Assembly (NCBI GenBank): GCA_973851085.1
Contig: OZ316775.1
Location: 11,284,001 to 11,348,000 of the forward strand
Reading direction: 5' to 3'
From: Ptychomitrium polyphyllum
Taxonomy: Eukaryota
DNA length: 64,000 bases
The notes under the pieces were generated by a model. That model saw nothing but the letters and a program-made list of their open reading frames with translations. It did no database searches and had not been told where the DNA came from. A program made the position numbers and the translations under genes. Positions within the stretch are counted from its first letter, which is position 1. Every line of letters begins with the position of its first letter. This document shows, piece by piece, positions 36,172 to 47,479 of the stretch.

Positions 36172-38109
36172 TATTTGCATGCCTTTTGCGCACACAGTAG
36201 AATGTAACCACCACAAGTGCTCTGAATTCAGTTGCTTAAATTCACCTACTGTTTTTTTGGTCCCTTAGTAACTAAGCCTTTTAGTTCATTTCTCCTTTGT
36301 ACCTCAATTTGCTTCTCTTGCTCCTGAAGTATTGATTGTTAATTATCAGTCATATATATATATGTACATGCACATGCACATGCACTTGGGCTCAAGGATG
36401 GCCGCAAGATCGAATTGAACTTGCTTTGACAACATGGAATTGTTCCTTTGAGGATGGAATTATACTCTTGGGAGAGGGTGTTTAGAGGGGTCTTTGAAGA
36501 ATGTTATGGTGGCTAGGGTAACAGGCAACCAGGAATTTGGTTGGCATTGATAAGGAGAGGTTGATGAGGATGCTGCTAGTGCCAGGAGCAATTCTGTAGC
36601 AGTGGATGTGCATGTTCAGTATAAGTACATTGTTGAAGCTTGAAAATCAGAGCTGGTGTTCATTTAAACTTCAAGTCTGACTCTTGGTTACAGTAGATTG
36701 CAACGTTGGTAAAAGGTCCACACCTGGGTTGTCGTCGAAAGTGTCTAGGTTCATCTCCTGGCAGCTCAAGGTTTTCTCGAGGTTCCCAAAATCCGACTGT
36801 AAAAACTCGGCAAACAAGGTCAATCTCTCACTACTTCAACTTCCAGGGTTACCCAAGATGCATGATCTAGATCAACGAACATGCATTGATTTTATTCCAA
36901 CTCTGCAAAGTAACTCACTTTTTACAAAATTTTATACCATACTTTTGCGTTGTGGCTGCCGTAGTACAATTACGCTTTTCATGGCAATTGCTCCTGCTTG
37001 CCATATGGCAACCTATTTGTAGGATTCCAATATATGTTGACAAACAAGGACGTTATTGTTTATGTTGTTCTTTGATCTTTAATGTATATAAAGTCATATC
37101 TTATAACTAAGATGCACTGTGCTGTTGGCCCAAACACAGCAGCCGCTTCGCAGTGCAAGCTTGTGGAAAATATTGAATTTTACTATTTTATTTCAGTAAT
37201 CTATTCTTTAAAATGAAAACCTTTTGACTACAATACTTGCCACATCATAGTTTAACATGTGTGAAATCACCGTCTTTCCTTATTCGAAGCTTTTCGATAG
37301 CATGAAGAACACCACCATTGGCCTTATGGTTTAGGAGATTGAAGATACTGTTACAAATATAATAGAACAAAACAAAACAAAACAAAACTCTCTCCCTTAG
37401 TGAATAGATTATACTCGTCAGGTTATGTTGTAACCTGGCTTGTACACGGTTGTACACGGCTGCATGACATGAGTTAGTCCTCCAGAGTATATAGAGAATA
37501 TTAGTGATAGATTTTCGACATATTCTTGACTCACCATTCTCTTGAAGATTGCACAATATTCGTGCAGTACTCCTTACTGTGTTTGTGCTTACGTCATAAG
37601 CAATTGTGTTGGAACCTCGTTGGTTTGATATGCGGCCAACGTTCCAAGACCGAGTAACACCGCAGTCGAACTTTGCAGCCGAAAAAGGACCTTTGTCGGG
37701 TTCAAAATGGCTTACATATAAACTATACACAAGCATTTGATACATAAGCTCATTGTAACATTCGTATGAAAGGTATATATCTCTACGTCCATCAGTGTAT
37801 CCAAATTGATGGTCTCACAGTGCGGTTGTCAAAGTACTGTGTCACCACCTGCTATACGCTGCTGTGGTATCAGTTCCTGGAATTTTGTGCAAAAAGAGGA
37901 TCTCACACTTCGTAACCTGCTCGGACCTGGTGTTATGCATGGTGTTAGCCATGCCATTTAGCGCTCATCTGTCATGCTTTACACCAGAGAATGCACTGCC
38001 ACTCATTGATTCTTACAAACAAGCATGCGTTCAGGCTAGATACTGCCTCAAGGCATGCTTGATTACTTGAATCAACTGGCAGGAGTGCTTTACCCTGCAC
38101 AGAATGTGC

Positions 38110-39519
38110 TCAGAACAAAGTCAATTCTTGCTCATCCCCTGCATCCTCGAAGCTAAATTTTTGCTGTTGCAGCAACATCTCCGCAACGTCATCCTCAAAT
38201 CCCCCCGGACTAACTGTCTGGAACAAGGTGAGGCCTGGCGATGACATGCACAGCAGATCCACGTCTCTCACGCTCTGGAATTCATCACAAGCTCCCTCCT
38301 TGATTGATGCGGAGGAAATATTCACGAATCTCTTGAGGGCTCCCCAGGAGAAATATGTGTCTGAACCATCGAACCATCGTTCTGGACAACACTCGGAGCT
38401 CGCAGTGGCACATGGGTCATCAACAAAGGCATCTCCCACACTCCACACTACGTGGACCATACTTTGCTCCAGCTCTCCCACTTCGCAGGATTCGTTGACA
38501 ACACCGGCGCTCTGATGATCCGAAGCAACGTCAGTTACTAGCTCCACAGTATTCTCCAGCCAGCCTATCGAGACAGAGCTGTCGACTGTGGCGTCCGTTG
38601 AGTTTCTACAGGAGAATAGTATCTGGGGTTGGGATTCGCTAGCGCTGGTACTGCCGTAGTATTCTGAGGATGGAGGATCGAATCCTAAGCACGGGACGAA
38701 TACAGTGTTACCAGCTTGTGGCAGTAGTGCGGGAGCCGCTGATTGAGCTACGGGAGTTCCATAAGAGGGTGAGGACGGGAGAGTGGGAGCCAAGGACGCC
38801 AGCCATTTCGCTTGCTCCTTCACGAATCTCAACTTATCTGCTTCATTCAGCACCTCCGATTTGGGTTTTGTGGACAGAATGTGAGGCGTGTCGGCAAAGT
38901 TGACCTTGTCTCTAATGCCGTAGTGGTAGAAAGCAGCGTCTACGGCACGAGCAGCTTTTTCTGAAGACTTGAAGTCGCCAAAGGAGACCTTGTTCTTATG
39001 CTTGGGCACTCTCATCTCGGCTATGAAGGTCCCGCAATCGGCCCAATACCGGACTCCTTTGAATCGCTTGCTCGATTGCTTGGCATTGGAAACAAGATCC
39101 TTTCGTGATGATGACGGTTCTTCGCCTCCCGGAGATACCTGCAAAAACGTACCGTAGCGTTGTCTTCTTGATCGGCCTGAAGATGGATTACGAGTGGCCA
39201 ACATGTCGAGAACATCCACTTGCACTTGCCAGAGCACTGCAGACTGATCTCCCGGGCGCGACCAGATGAGTTCGGGGCTTTCACCGCTAAGCCGTGATTC
39301 CCACCATTCTTCAGGAACTTTTCTAACTGTGGTATCGCCGAGTTTGTCCAATGCGGTTGCACCCACATGGTAGCCAGGGTACATACAATCGTCGTTGTAG
39401 ACCTCGAGAGTGATCAATCTGAATGACAGGCGATGGAAGGCAGAAGCAGGTCGTCTTTTCGCCGTTCGGAAAATGTTGGGGACTGGGCGCTCGCAACGTA
39501 GCGGTCTGCGCTGAGACAT
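38110..39519 (-). CDS. Intronless single-AP2-domain (ERF-like) putative transcription factor, divergent
   Basis: 469-aa ORF containing RFKGVRYWADCGTFIAEMRVPKHKNKVSFGDFKSSEKAARAVDAAFYHYGIRDKVNF (about 38895-39066). This matches the AP2 pattern GVR...AExR...GxF...AARAxDxA...NF. An S/P-rich region and an acidic C-terminus follow. The true start is uncertain. Confidence 0.75.
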   Translation of the reverse strand: MSQRRPLRCERPVPNIFRTAKRRPASAFHRLSFRLITLEVYNDDCMYPGYHVGATALDKLGDTTVRKVPEEWWESRLSGESPELIWSRPGDQSAVLWQVQVDVLDMLATRNPSSGRSRRQRYGTFLQVSPGGEEPSSSRKDLVSNAKQSSKRFKGVRYWADCGTFIAEMRVPKHKNKVSFGDFKSSEKAARAVDAAFYHYGIRDKVNFADTPHILSTKPKSEVLNEADKLRFVKEQAKWLASLAPTLPSSPSYGTPVAQSAAPALLPQAGNTVFVPCLGFDPPSSEYYGSTSASESQPQILFSCRNSTDATVDSSVSIGWLENTVELVTDVASDHQSAGVVNESCEVGELEQSMVHVVWSVGDAFVDDPCATASSECCPERWFDGSDTYFSWGALKRFVNISSASIKEGACDEFQSVRDVDLLCMSSPGLTLFQTVSPGGFEDDVAEMLLQQQKFSFEDAGDEQELTLF

Positions 39520-40676
39520 GAATATAATTTGTCTGGAGGGAGCGACGTCGATGATGCATCGCCCATTTGTATAAGATGGTGATACACATCCCCCTCATTC
39601 AAATCCATATCTTGGTCGGCTTGCCAATCGAGTGCCTCTTGCGTCACCGAGAAGGAAGGCGTGTAGATCGACACATTCCTGACTGCTTCCTCGTCCTGTG
39701 ACAGTACAGATGCACAGGCAAACACCCTATGGACTTGGTAACGGTTCATTGCAAATATCGCACTGGAAATAATATGTTCCAGACGAGGTATCCATTGTTC
39801 TAGCAGGTTTTTGGTGTCAATACCAAGAGCCATGAGGAGATTTAGATGTGAACAAAGGAGGAGCCGTGCTGCTGTTCAACCACACGTGCAATTCTGCAAC
39901 GCGAGTCAAATTAACCGCAAGCAAGTGCTTAAGATATGTTATAGTGGAGGTGCCCTGAATAAAAGAAGGTGGAAGAGCAGGAGCCTAATCATGATCGACA
40001 TCAAGGAGCAGCAATACATTATGGTTCAGGGTGGGTCGATATTATGCAAAGAAACAGTGTAGCTCACTTCTTATTCAGGGTATCTTTTATTTGTAGTTCT
40101 GTGCAGACACGGCCGTGTATATTGCAGATCGAGGTCAACACACGAAGGTAACATTGACAAGGGTGCATGAATAACTTAATAACGTACAGTGGTAGTTGGG
40201 GAACTGGGTTAGTAGCTTAGTCCGGGGGAGTCTTTTCCAACCTCGAGCAATGGGAAAGCTGAGATTGTAGGATTCAAAAAGTTATTTCGGTGATCGCCTC
40301 ATGCATGTGCACTGCGAGTCTGTGACCACTCCTTCCCCTATTTCGCGCCTGCTTACCATGCAGGGTGCAGTTCTCAAGAGCGCCTCAAGAAAAGTTCCAG
40401 CGTTCCATCGTAAACAGTTAGAATATTACTGCTGCACCTCGGAACCGATACCTAGTCGGAGTAGCCTAATTTGTCAATCTTATTCTCAGGATTTTAAATG
40501 ATTCTCGCAGACAAAAAAATTCCTCCCAAGTTCACAATGCTTTCCGCTTGCCAAAATTTTAAAAGCTTCCCACACGGCCAATATGAGTTGCAGTCAAACA
40601 AAAAGGAACTTCTCTGATTTAGAATGACCTGATATTACACTGAGTAAACTAACCAAACGATGCATCATGCACATCC

Positions 40677-43600
40677 CTAATTTCTGTTGCGATTATTCCG
40701 ACCCCCACGCCAGCTTCCCCGGCCTCCCCTCCCAGCGCCTCCACCTCTGCCACCAAAACTACCTCTGGGAGTGCCACCAAGCCCTGCAAGTGCCCTATTC
40801 ACTAACTGACTAGAACTCTGCATCCCACCATCTCCACGATTCTTCTTTGGAGCGCCGCCACCGTTTTGATTAATTGCATGACGCTTCTTCCTGCCAGTTG
40901 AAAAAATACATATTCAATGATCGACTCTATATCACAAGCATCGAAAGTTGAAAAACAATCAGGTAATTTACAACTGTGTTGGTAATGGGTTATATACCAC
41001 CAAGAAGTTTTGCAATTACAAACAGAAACCTTATCTACTCTATGAAAGCGTTGTAATGAATTTTTCTTACCCGCCGCCGTTGTGTTGTGTTTGAGGTGCA
41101 GCTTGTGTCTGAGCTGAAGCTGGTTTTGGAGCAGGAGCGGGCTTGGTAATCTCCTTCCAAGATAGGTTTAAAGCTTTGTCTTTTCCAAAAAAATTGGGTA
41201 CTTTATGGTGCAAAGGCTGCCATGATCATACTTTGCGTCAAAAATCAGACAGACCTATATGATGCCATGAACATGCAGTATGATGCAACTAGTAAAGACA
41301 AATTACAGAACCAAAATAAAATAACAAGAAGCACCACCACGCAAGGATAGAAGAATTAATGCAGAAAAGAACTTTGTCCTAACTGTAGTTAACTAGGTTT
41401 CCAGTCATTGAACCAGACCTATGCCACGGTATAGAGACAGGCCATAAACTTGTTAATACAAACTCCAGCGACGAAAACCTTCAGAAACATCATGTTTATT
41501 AAGCATCATAATTATAACGTACCTGAGCTAGAATAACAATATTGTTGTTTGAGCGCAATTTTGTACTCGACGTAAGCTTCTTTGCTTTCTGCATACATAT
41601 TGGTAGGTTATAAAACAGTTATTTAATCATACCAAGATAGATGAAGTAAGCGAGGCCTACTTAGGCGTTAAGCAATCAATATTCAACTACTCCATAGATT
41701 ATTTGCCAAGTTATGACCCATTACCACTTCTACTTTTTCAGCATCAGTTTTTGCTGCCGACAACGCTTTATTGAATTCCGACATTCCTTGTGTTAACTTC
41801 TTATTCGCTGCCTTCGCGAGCTCCTCTACTACCGTCAATCTGAGTAGAACCACAACAAGATTTCAATGTCTAGAACCTACTTGCTACAGGTCTGTGAGGA
41901 GAGAATTGAACTTGCTTATAATAACTTTCGAAAAGCATCAGCGACTTCCACCTACATCATCATAATATCAAAATGTTTTGTTTTTAAGGGTCATTAAGTG
42001 TATTAAATAAGATTGCTCAACAAATGACAACCAACTTCAAAAACGCATATTAGCTTCAACCAATACGACAGAAAACTCACCTCTCATTGAAATCTGTAAA
42101 GAGTTCTGTAAAGTCCTCTCCTAAACGGTCTGATGGTTGCCCGGTCACAATCTTGTAGCCACATAGGCTGTTTGTCGTGTTGGGAGTCTGAATTTTCCCC
42201 AACCATGTACATAGTATGTGTTAACACACAGGTGAGGCTTCATAACATCTTCACTCTAACTAATTACATCCTATCATCTACCCTATGGAAAAGAAATTGA
42301 AGTCACAAAATCAAACTCTCAAGATCTTCCAGATGTAGCACAATTATCCAAACCAAATGCTTTTCCAAAGCATACAATCGCACAGAAAGTCTGAAGTTGA
42401 ACCTTGTGCGCCAATTCATGAAATGCATACAGTAGACATTCTACATATGTAGATTGTAATTCGTCGGCTGTTTTCTTTCGTGGCATATACTTCTGCAAAC
42501 CCACAGTTTTACTTTTTTCTGATCAGGAACTTAATTCAGAGACTAAAGCAATCATCTGCAAGTTCACTCAGAGCAATTCAGAAAATTTCTATCATAACAT
42601 GCTAGTGCTTGCGCTGCCATCTCCCAAAATTTCTCTAAACAACTAAAACAAATATGCATATTACAACACTTTCGCACAATAAAAGCATCATCACCTTCAG
42701 AAGTTGGACGATGGATGGAAGAAGCTGCCGTGCATCTTGAGTAGAAGTAAAAGGTGAGCTCTCAGCTAGATTCTTCAGCAAGTCCAATCTTTTACCCTCT
42801 GGAAGCTGCAATAGAGAACATTGGTGAAATTTGCAAGGTGCTTTTCTCCATCGTTTTGTACATTATTCTACTTTCACTTATAGGAACACTAAATGTTCAT
42901 AACTGATCAGTAAACATACCTTGTCAAATACCGGCAGCAAGTGTTTGTTGATGTAGTTCAGAAACTTGCTATTGGAGGCCCCACGCTGCAAATGTACACA
43001 TACAGATTAAATACATGGTTAAAACGTAAATTTGAAAATCAATAAATATTCATGAAGCACAAAACCAAAATTGAATTATCTGTACGAGAGACTAGATATA
43101 ACAGAGTATAACAGTCTTCCAAAGCAACATCTCACCAATATTTGAATCACAGCATCATAAATAGCAGGTCTTATTTGCAAATCCCTGAAATGTCCAGATC
43201 TGATTTGTTCTTTACTAGTGTAAACTGTGACCTTAAAATTGCATAAAATATTCTAGTTGCAGAAACTTACAGCATAAAATGGAAGCGCCATAGTCAGGCA
43301 AGACATCAAACGATCAATGTGGTCGGTATCAGCTATCTGCATACACAAAATCCACCAGCCATATCTTCCATTCTCATTAACATTAAATAATACATCATGA
43401 AGCTATTCTCAAGGTCTCGAGACTCGCACCTCACCCTCCTTTGTGAATACCTTCAAAATGGTGCAGAATACAAGGTATGAGACTCTGTACGGCTGCATAG
43501 GGTTGAAAATTCTAGTTGCATACAATCCCTAAGCGGACTTGCCTTAGAAACAGACTATGTTTTCGGCAGAGCAATTGGTAAGACTATAAGACTTGTCAAC

Positions 43601-46600
43601 CCTACTCGAGGTTACGATTCACCAGCTCTGAAAAAGCAAATATCATCACCTAACCGTCATCACTTTGAAAACAGCTTGTGTAAATAAATGCAATTATGAA
43701 AGACAGATTTAAACAACACACGAAGTAAAGTAGAAATACACACATTGAAGACAGCATCCAAATCAGCTTGACCTTCAACAATCTGCAGGAGCTCTTGAAC
43801 GCGTTCTGCTGGAGCGTTAGGGCCAAACAGGTTTAGGCTCTTGAGAAAGTCCATGAACATCTTAAACTCTGCTCCTGTAACATCTTGAAGACACTGCATC
43901 ACCACTAGCCTCAGTTGCAAACTCTGCACCAGCCGTGCATTGCACGAGGTACGATAAACTAAATGGTAAATCGCAAAAAGATGCTTACTAAATCACATAC
44001 CAATCGTTAAGAAAGTCCATTCATTAGCGTCAAAGTTTTGAGAGATACACTGATGAAGTTCTTAGCCAGATTAAAAACAATTGAGTGTAAAACTTTGAAA
44101 ACTGTGTAAGAGTTCTCAATATTAACTACACCATCCAAATGAGTACGTGTTTGACAAGCAGTTAACTGACCTTTTTTATAAGATCTGTTATGTGCCTCTC
44201 CATTTCATCCTGGGGGTGTAAAAGCTCCTTCTTGATTGGAAACACCTGAAAGGAGAATGCGGAAAATAAGTCCAGCAGGACGAGAGACAAACAGCAGCAT
44301 CGTAGAAAATATCTAACACAAACTTGAGAAGACAGTCTTACCCTGAAACTGAAAGACACAAAGTCTCCAACCAACAACATCATCATGGATGGGAGTGATG
44401 AGCTGCCACTCAGCACTGCCGACATCAGATTAAACAACGGTGTACAGAAATATGCTATTACTCTGCAGTCCACTCAATTAAAAATACTCTCACTTTGGAA
44501 ATTGCATAGGCCTAACAGAGGGATTAAGGGACTTGAAAGGCAGAAAAAAGATATACTTATATGAAGTTCAAATCCAATGCATTAACCAGATGCATCAGAA
44601 GTAATTAAGTTGCAGAATGACATTCACAAAAAATTGAAACCTTCACAAAGAATGGAACAGCTCAGATTACAGGTCAAGGGTTAAGTCAGTACATACTTTC
44701 TCTTTTACAAAGGTCAGAACCTTGTCTCTAAGGTTCTCATCCGAATTTTCAATGTGCTTGAATAGAGCTGTCAATGAACCTGCCAGCCGTATCAACTCCA
44801 CATCGTAAGACTATACTGATATAATTATAAAATCAACTCAAAAAATACAATACTCTAAGAGTGGCTTCCCTAATTAGCTTCAGGGGATGAGTTTTGCATC
44901 TCCGAAATATTAATATGGATGTAAACACTAAGAAAGCAAAAACTCTTTCTAAAAGCAATCACAACGTACTATAATTTCCACACATAATGGAATAACTCGA
45001 TAGTTTAATAGCTGTTGAAGTTTTGGATACCTTTAGTGTCCTGACGTAGTACTGACATCAATGCCTTTGAAGCAGCATCTCGCTCTAACACCTCTTCTGG
45101 TGAATGCCACATGAGAAAGTGAGTACGTCTAGTAATACTGAATCCCACTGGTATTTTTAGCTAAGTAAGATTCTTGACCCGGCCTGACACCAAAAATTTC
45201 ATGAACATGCACAAACGTTTCGACAGAACATAAGACTCAAACCTGCAAGAAGTAGTTGTCCTAATACGTCTGCTATTTTAGGCAAATGCTGTGGTGTATC
45301 TTTGCACAAAAGTGGCAATCCTCTAATAGCCTGCACCCGAATCTGCCATGCACCAACAAAAACAAGGTTAACTTTTTGTAGCATACAAGAGACCATATAT
45401 ACTGACAGAATCCGAACAGGTATTCCAGGCCAGGCTCGTTAAAACAGCAGATCTGGTGGATAGGAGGGACACTCTGAAGTCACGTACCATAGTACGAGAA
45501 AATCACATTTGGCATTGTTAATTCAACACCTCCTGGAACTGACATTGTAAGCATGCTGGTGAAACTACCAAGATAGTCGATATTCAGGGGAACCACTATC
45601 AGCAAGATTCGTTTTCTGAAACTTGATTGTCGACTACCTCCAGTTCTTTATTCGGACTTCATTAAGATAATATAACCAGGTATAAGATACTAAAACACTG
45701 CTATATCTTGCGACGACACCCCAAAACCATCACCAAATGATGAGGTGGCATGGAATTGCGTAAATAACTCACTCGATCAATTCTTCACAACCAACACCAC
45801 TAAGCCACTCGAGGGAAGTACCATCACGGGATAGAGAGAACCCTGTCGCGGAAATATTCAATACGCATGAACCGTCGACAAAAATGGCTCTAAAACCCAT
45901 AAACCTTGGTCCGTTTTCTCAAGGCCGTCCAAGTAAAATAGCAACCAGAGGCCGTGAAACATCAACACTGGAGTAACCTAATATCATGAGGAAGCATTTA
46001 GCAATGAATTTGATTTCATTCGTAACCTAACCCTCAGCGATTATTGTGACCCGACCATCAGACTTCAGGTCTTGATATGCTTATACGAACCATTTCACAT
46101 CTACAGTCCATAAAAACACTCTGTGTACGAGAGAACGCTGCTCGAAAGCCCAATGTCGATGAGGCGATATGCTCCCAACCAACTCAAACTTAATTTCTCC
46201 AGCTAGGGTTTAGGAGAACCACCCTAAAAAACCAAAACTCAGAAAGGAAAGAAACACCAACTGACCCCAAGCTCGTCCTCCTCACACAAATCCAGCTGTG
46301 CGTTGATAGCGTCCGAAGACAGCCCAGGAAAATGCTTGAAAAACCGAGGAATGAGCTGCGCAGCCAGCTGTTTCTCCTTGGTGCTCCCCTTCGCTGCAGC
46401 AATAATCCCCAAGTAATCCGCCTCGTTCTGCTCACGACACCCAACCAAACGCCTCAAGAACCACAAACCCCATAGAAACCACCAAACGACCCACCCAAAC
46501 TCCGCAACCCACAAACCTGAACCCCAACACTTTCCCAAGACGGACCACCATCGCGCAACCAAACCTCCATAGTACCTGAGACTTCTCCTTGGACTCGTTC

Positions 46601-46671
46601 AGCCTCTCCCCGTATCGGTACAGCTTCTCAATCGCAATGGAAGCGTCGGAGCCCAGCGCCGCAGCAGCCAT
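40677..46671 (-). CDS. API5: Apoptosis inhibitor 5-like protein
   Basis: About 16 exons: 46576-46671 (MAAAALGSDASIAIEKLYRYGERLNESKEKSQ), 46266-46427 (KQLAAQLIPRFFKHFP...AQLDLCEEDELG), about 45243-45342 (IRVQAIRGLPLLCKDTP...KIADVLGQLL), 45032-45097, 44696-44779, 44171-44245, 43744-43893 (LQDVTGAEFKMFMDFLKSL), 43271-43336, 42920-42985, 42696-42806, 42403-42492 (YVECLLYAFHELAHK), 42081-42187 (NSLCGYKIVTGQPSDRLGEDF), 41726-41839, 41523-41588, 41071-41217 (LNLSWKE), 40677-40890 (RGG-rich tail). Confidence 0.95.
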
Positions 46672-47479
46672 GGCCGACTCACTTGCTCCCAAAACCCGTT
46701 GAAAACTCAGCAAAACACCAAAACTGCACGGAAATGACCGCCTAAAATTTCCAAACCAAGAGAACCGGCGTTCTTCCAGAAACGCAGGCGCGTCACAAAC
46801 ACACCACAGCAGCAATCCCGTCCGTCATGGCCCGCTTGAGCGAGAGATCCACAGCCTGCCCGCACAAGCCCCGCGCCACAACGCGACGAAACTGTCACCC
46901 CCTCACACTAGCCCTGCATCTACACCACCTGTAGAATCCACACTTATGAATTCATAAAAATGCTAGATTTTACCTTATCTTACGATCTAAGAACATCATA
47001 GAATATATTCGCTCTCATAGATTGGTCCAAATTCTTCTCTCTCCAGCGGTCTCTATCTACGAAAGCACTGGATTCTGTGTTTGCTCCCGCTGAAGGATGC
47101 ATGTTCTAGGAATTTAACTGAACTTCTTGATCCTATAGTTTTCTTGTAGGCTACGGAATTATGGATTTAAGGGTTTAGAGGCGGACCAATAGGCGGTTTG
47201 CTGCATTAGGATCTAGGACATGAATGGATTTAGTGGCTTTTGTGTCGTCTCTTCGTTTGAACGACGGGCTCGTATCTAGATAAATAGTAGAGTTTGGGGT
47301 TGTGGAGACTGATCGTTGATCGATTATTTCTGCGCGTTAGGATCTACACCTCTTGTTGATTTGGCGGGACTAGACGGTCCTGGAGATTTGGACCGGAGTT
47401 TGGTCCAGGGTTTGGTTGTTCGGTGAGTTTGATCGTTGGTCCGACCAAACTCCGGACCAAACCAGTTGGGAGGATTTGA

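Noticed and set aside
37245..37745. 166-aa minus-strand ORF downstream of the AP2 gene
   Set aside because: No recognisable domain or splice structure; probably a chance ORF in 3' UTR or intergenic DNA.
40677..40890. RGG-rich tail of API5
   Set aside because: A basic Gly/Arg-rich C-terminus is, to my knowledge, normal for plant API5 proteins.
45020..45031. GTATCC donor in API5 as a possible U12 intron
   Set aside because: It continues AAAA rather than TT, so it does not match the U12 consensus GTATCCTT.
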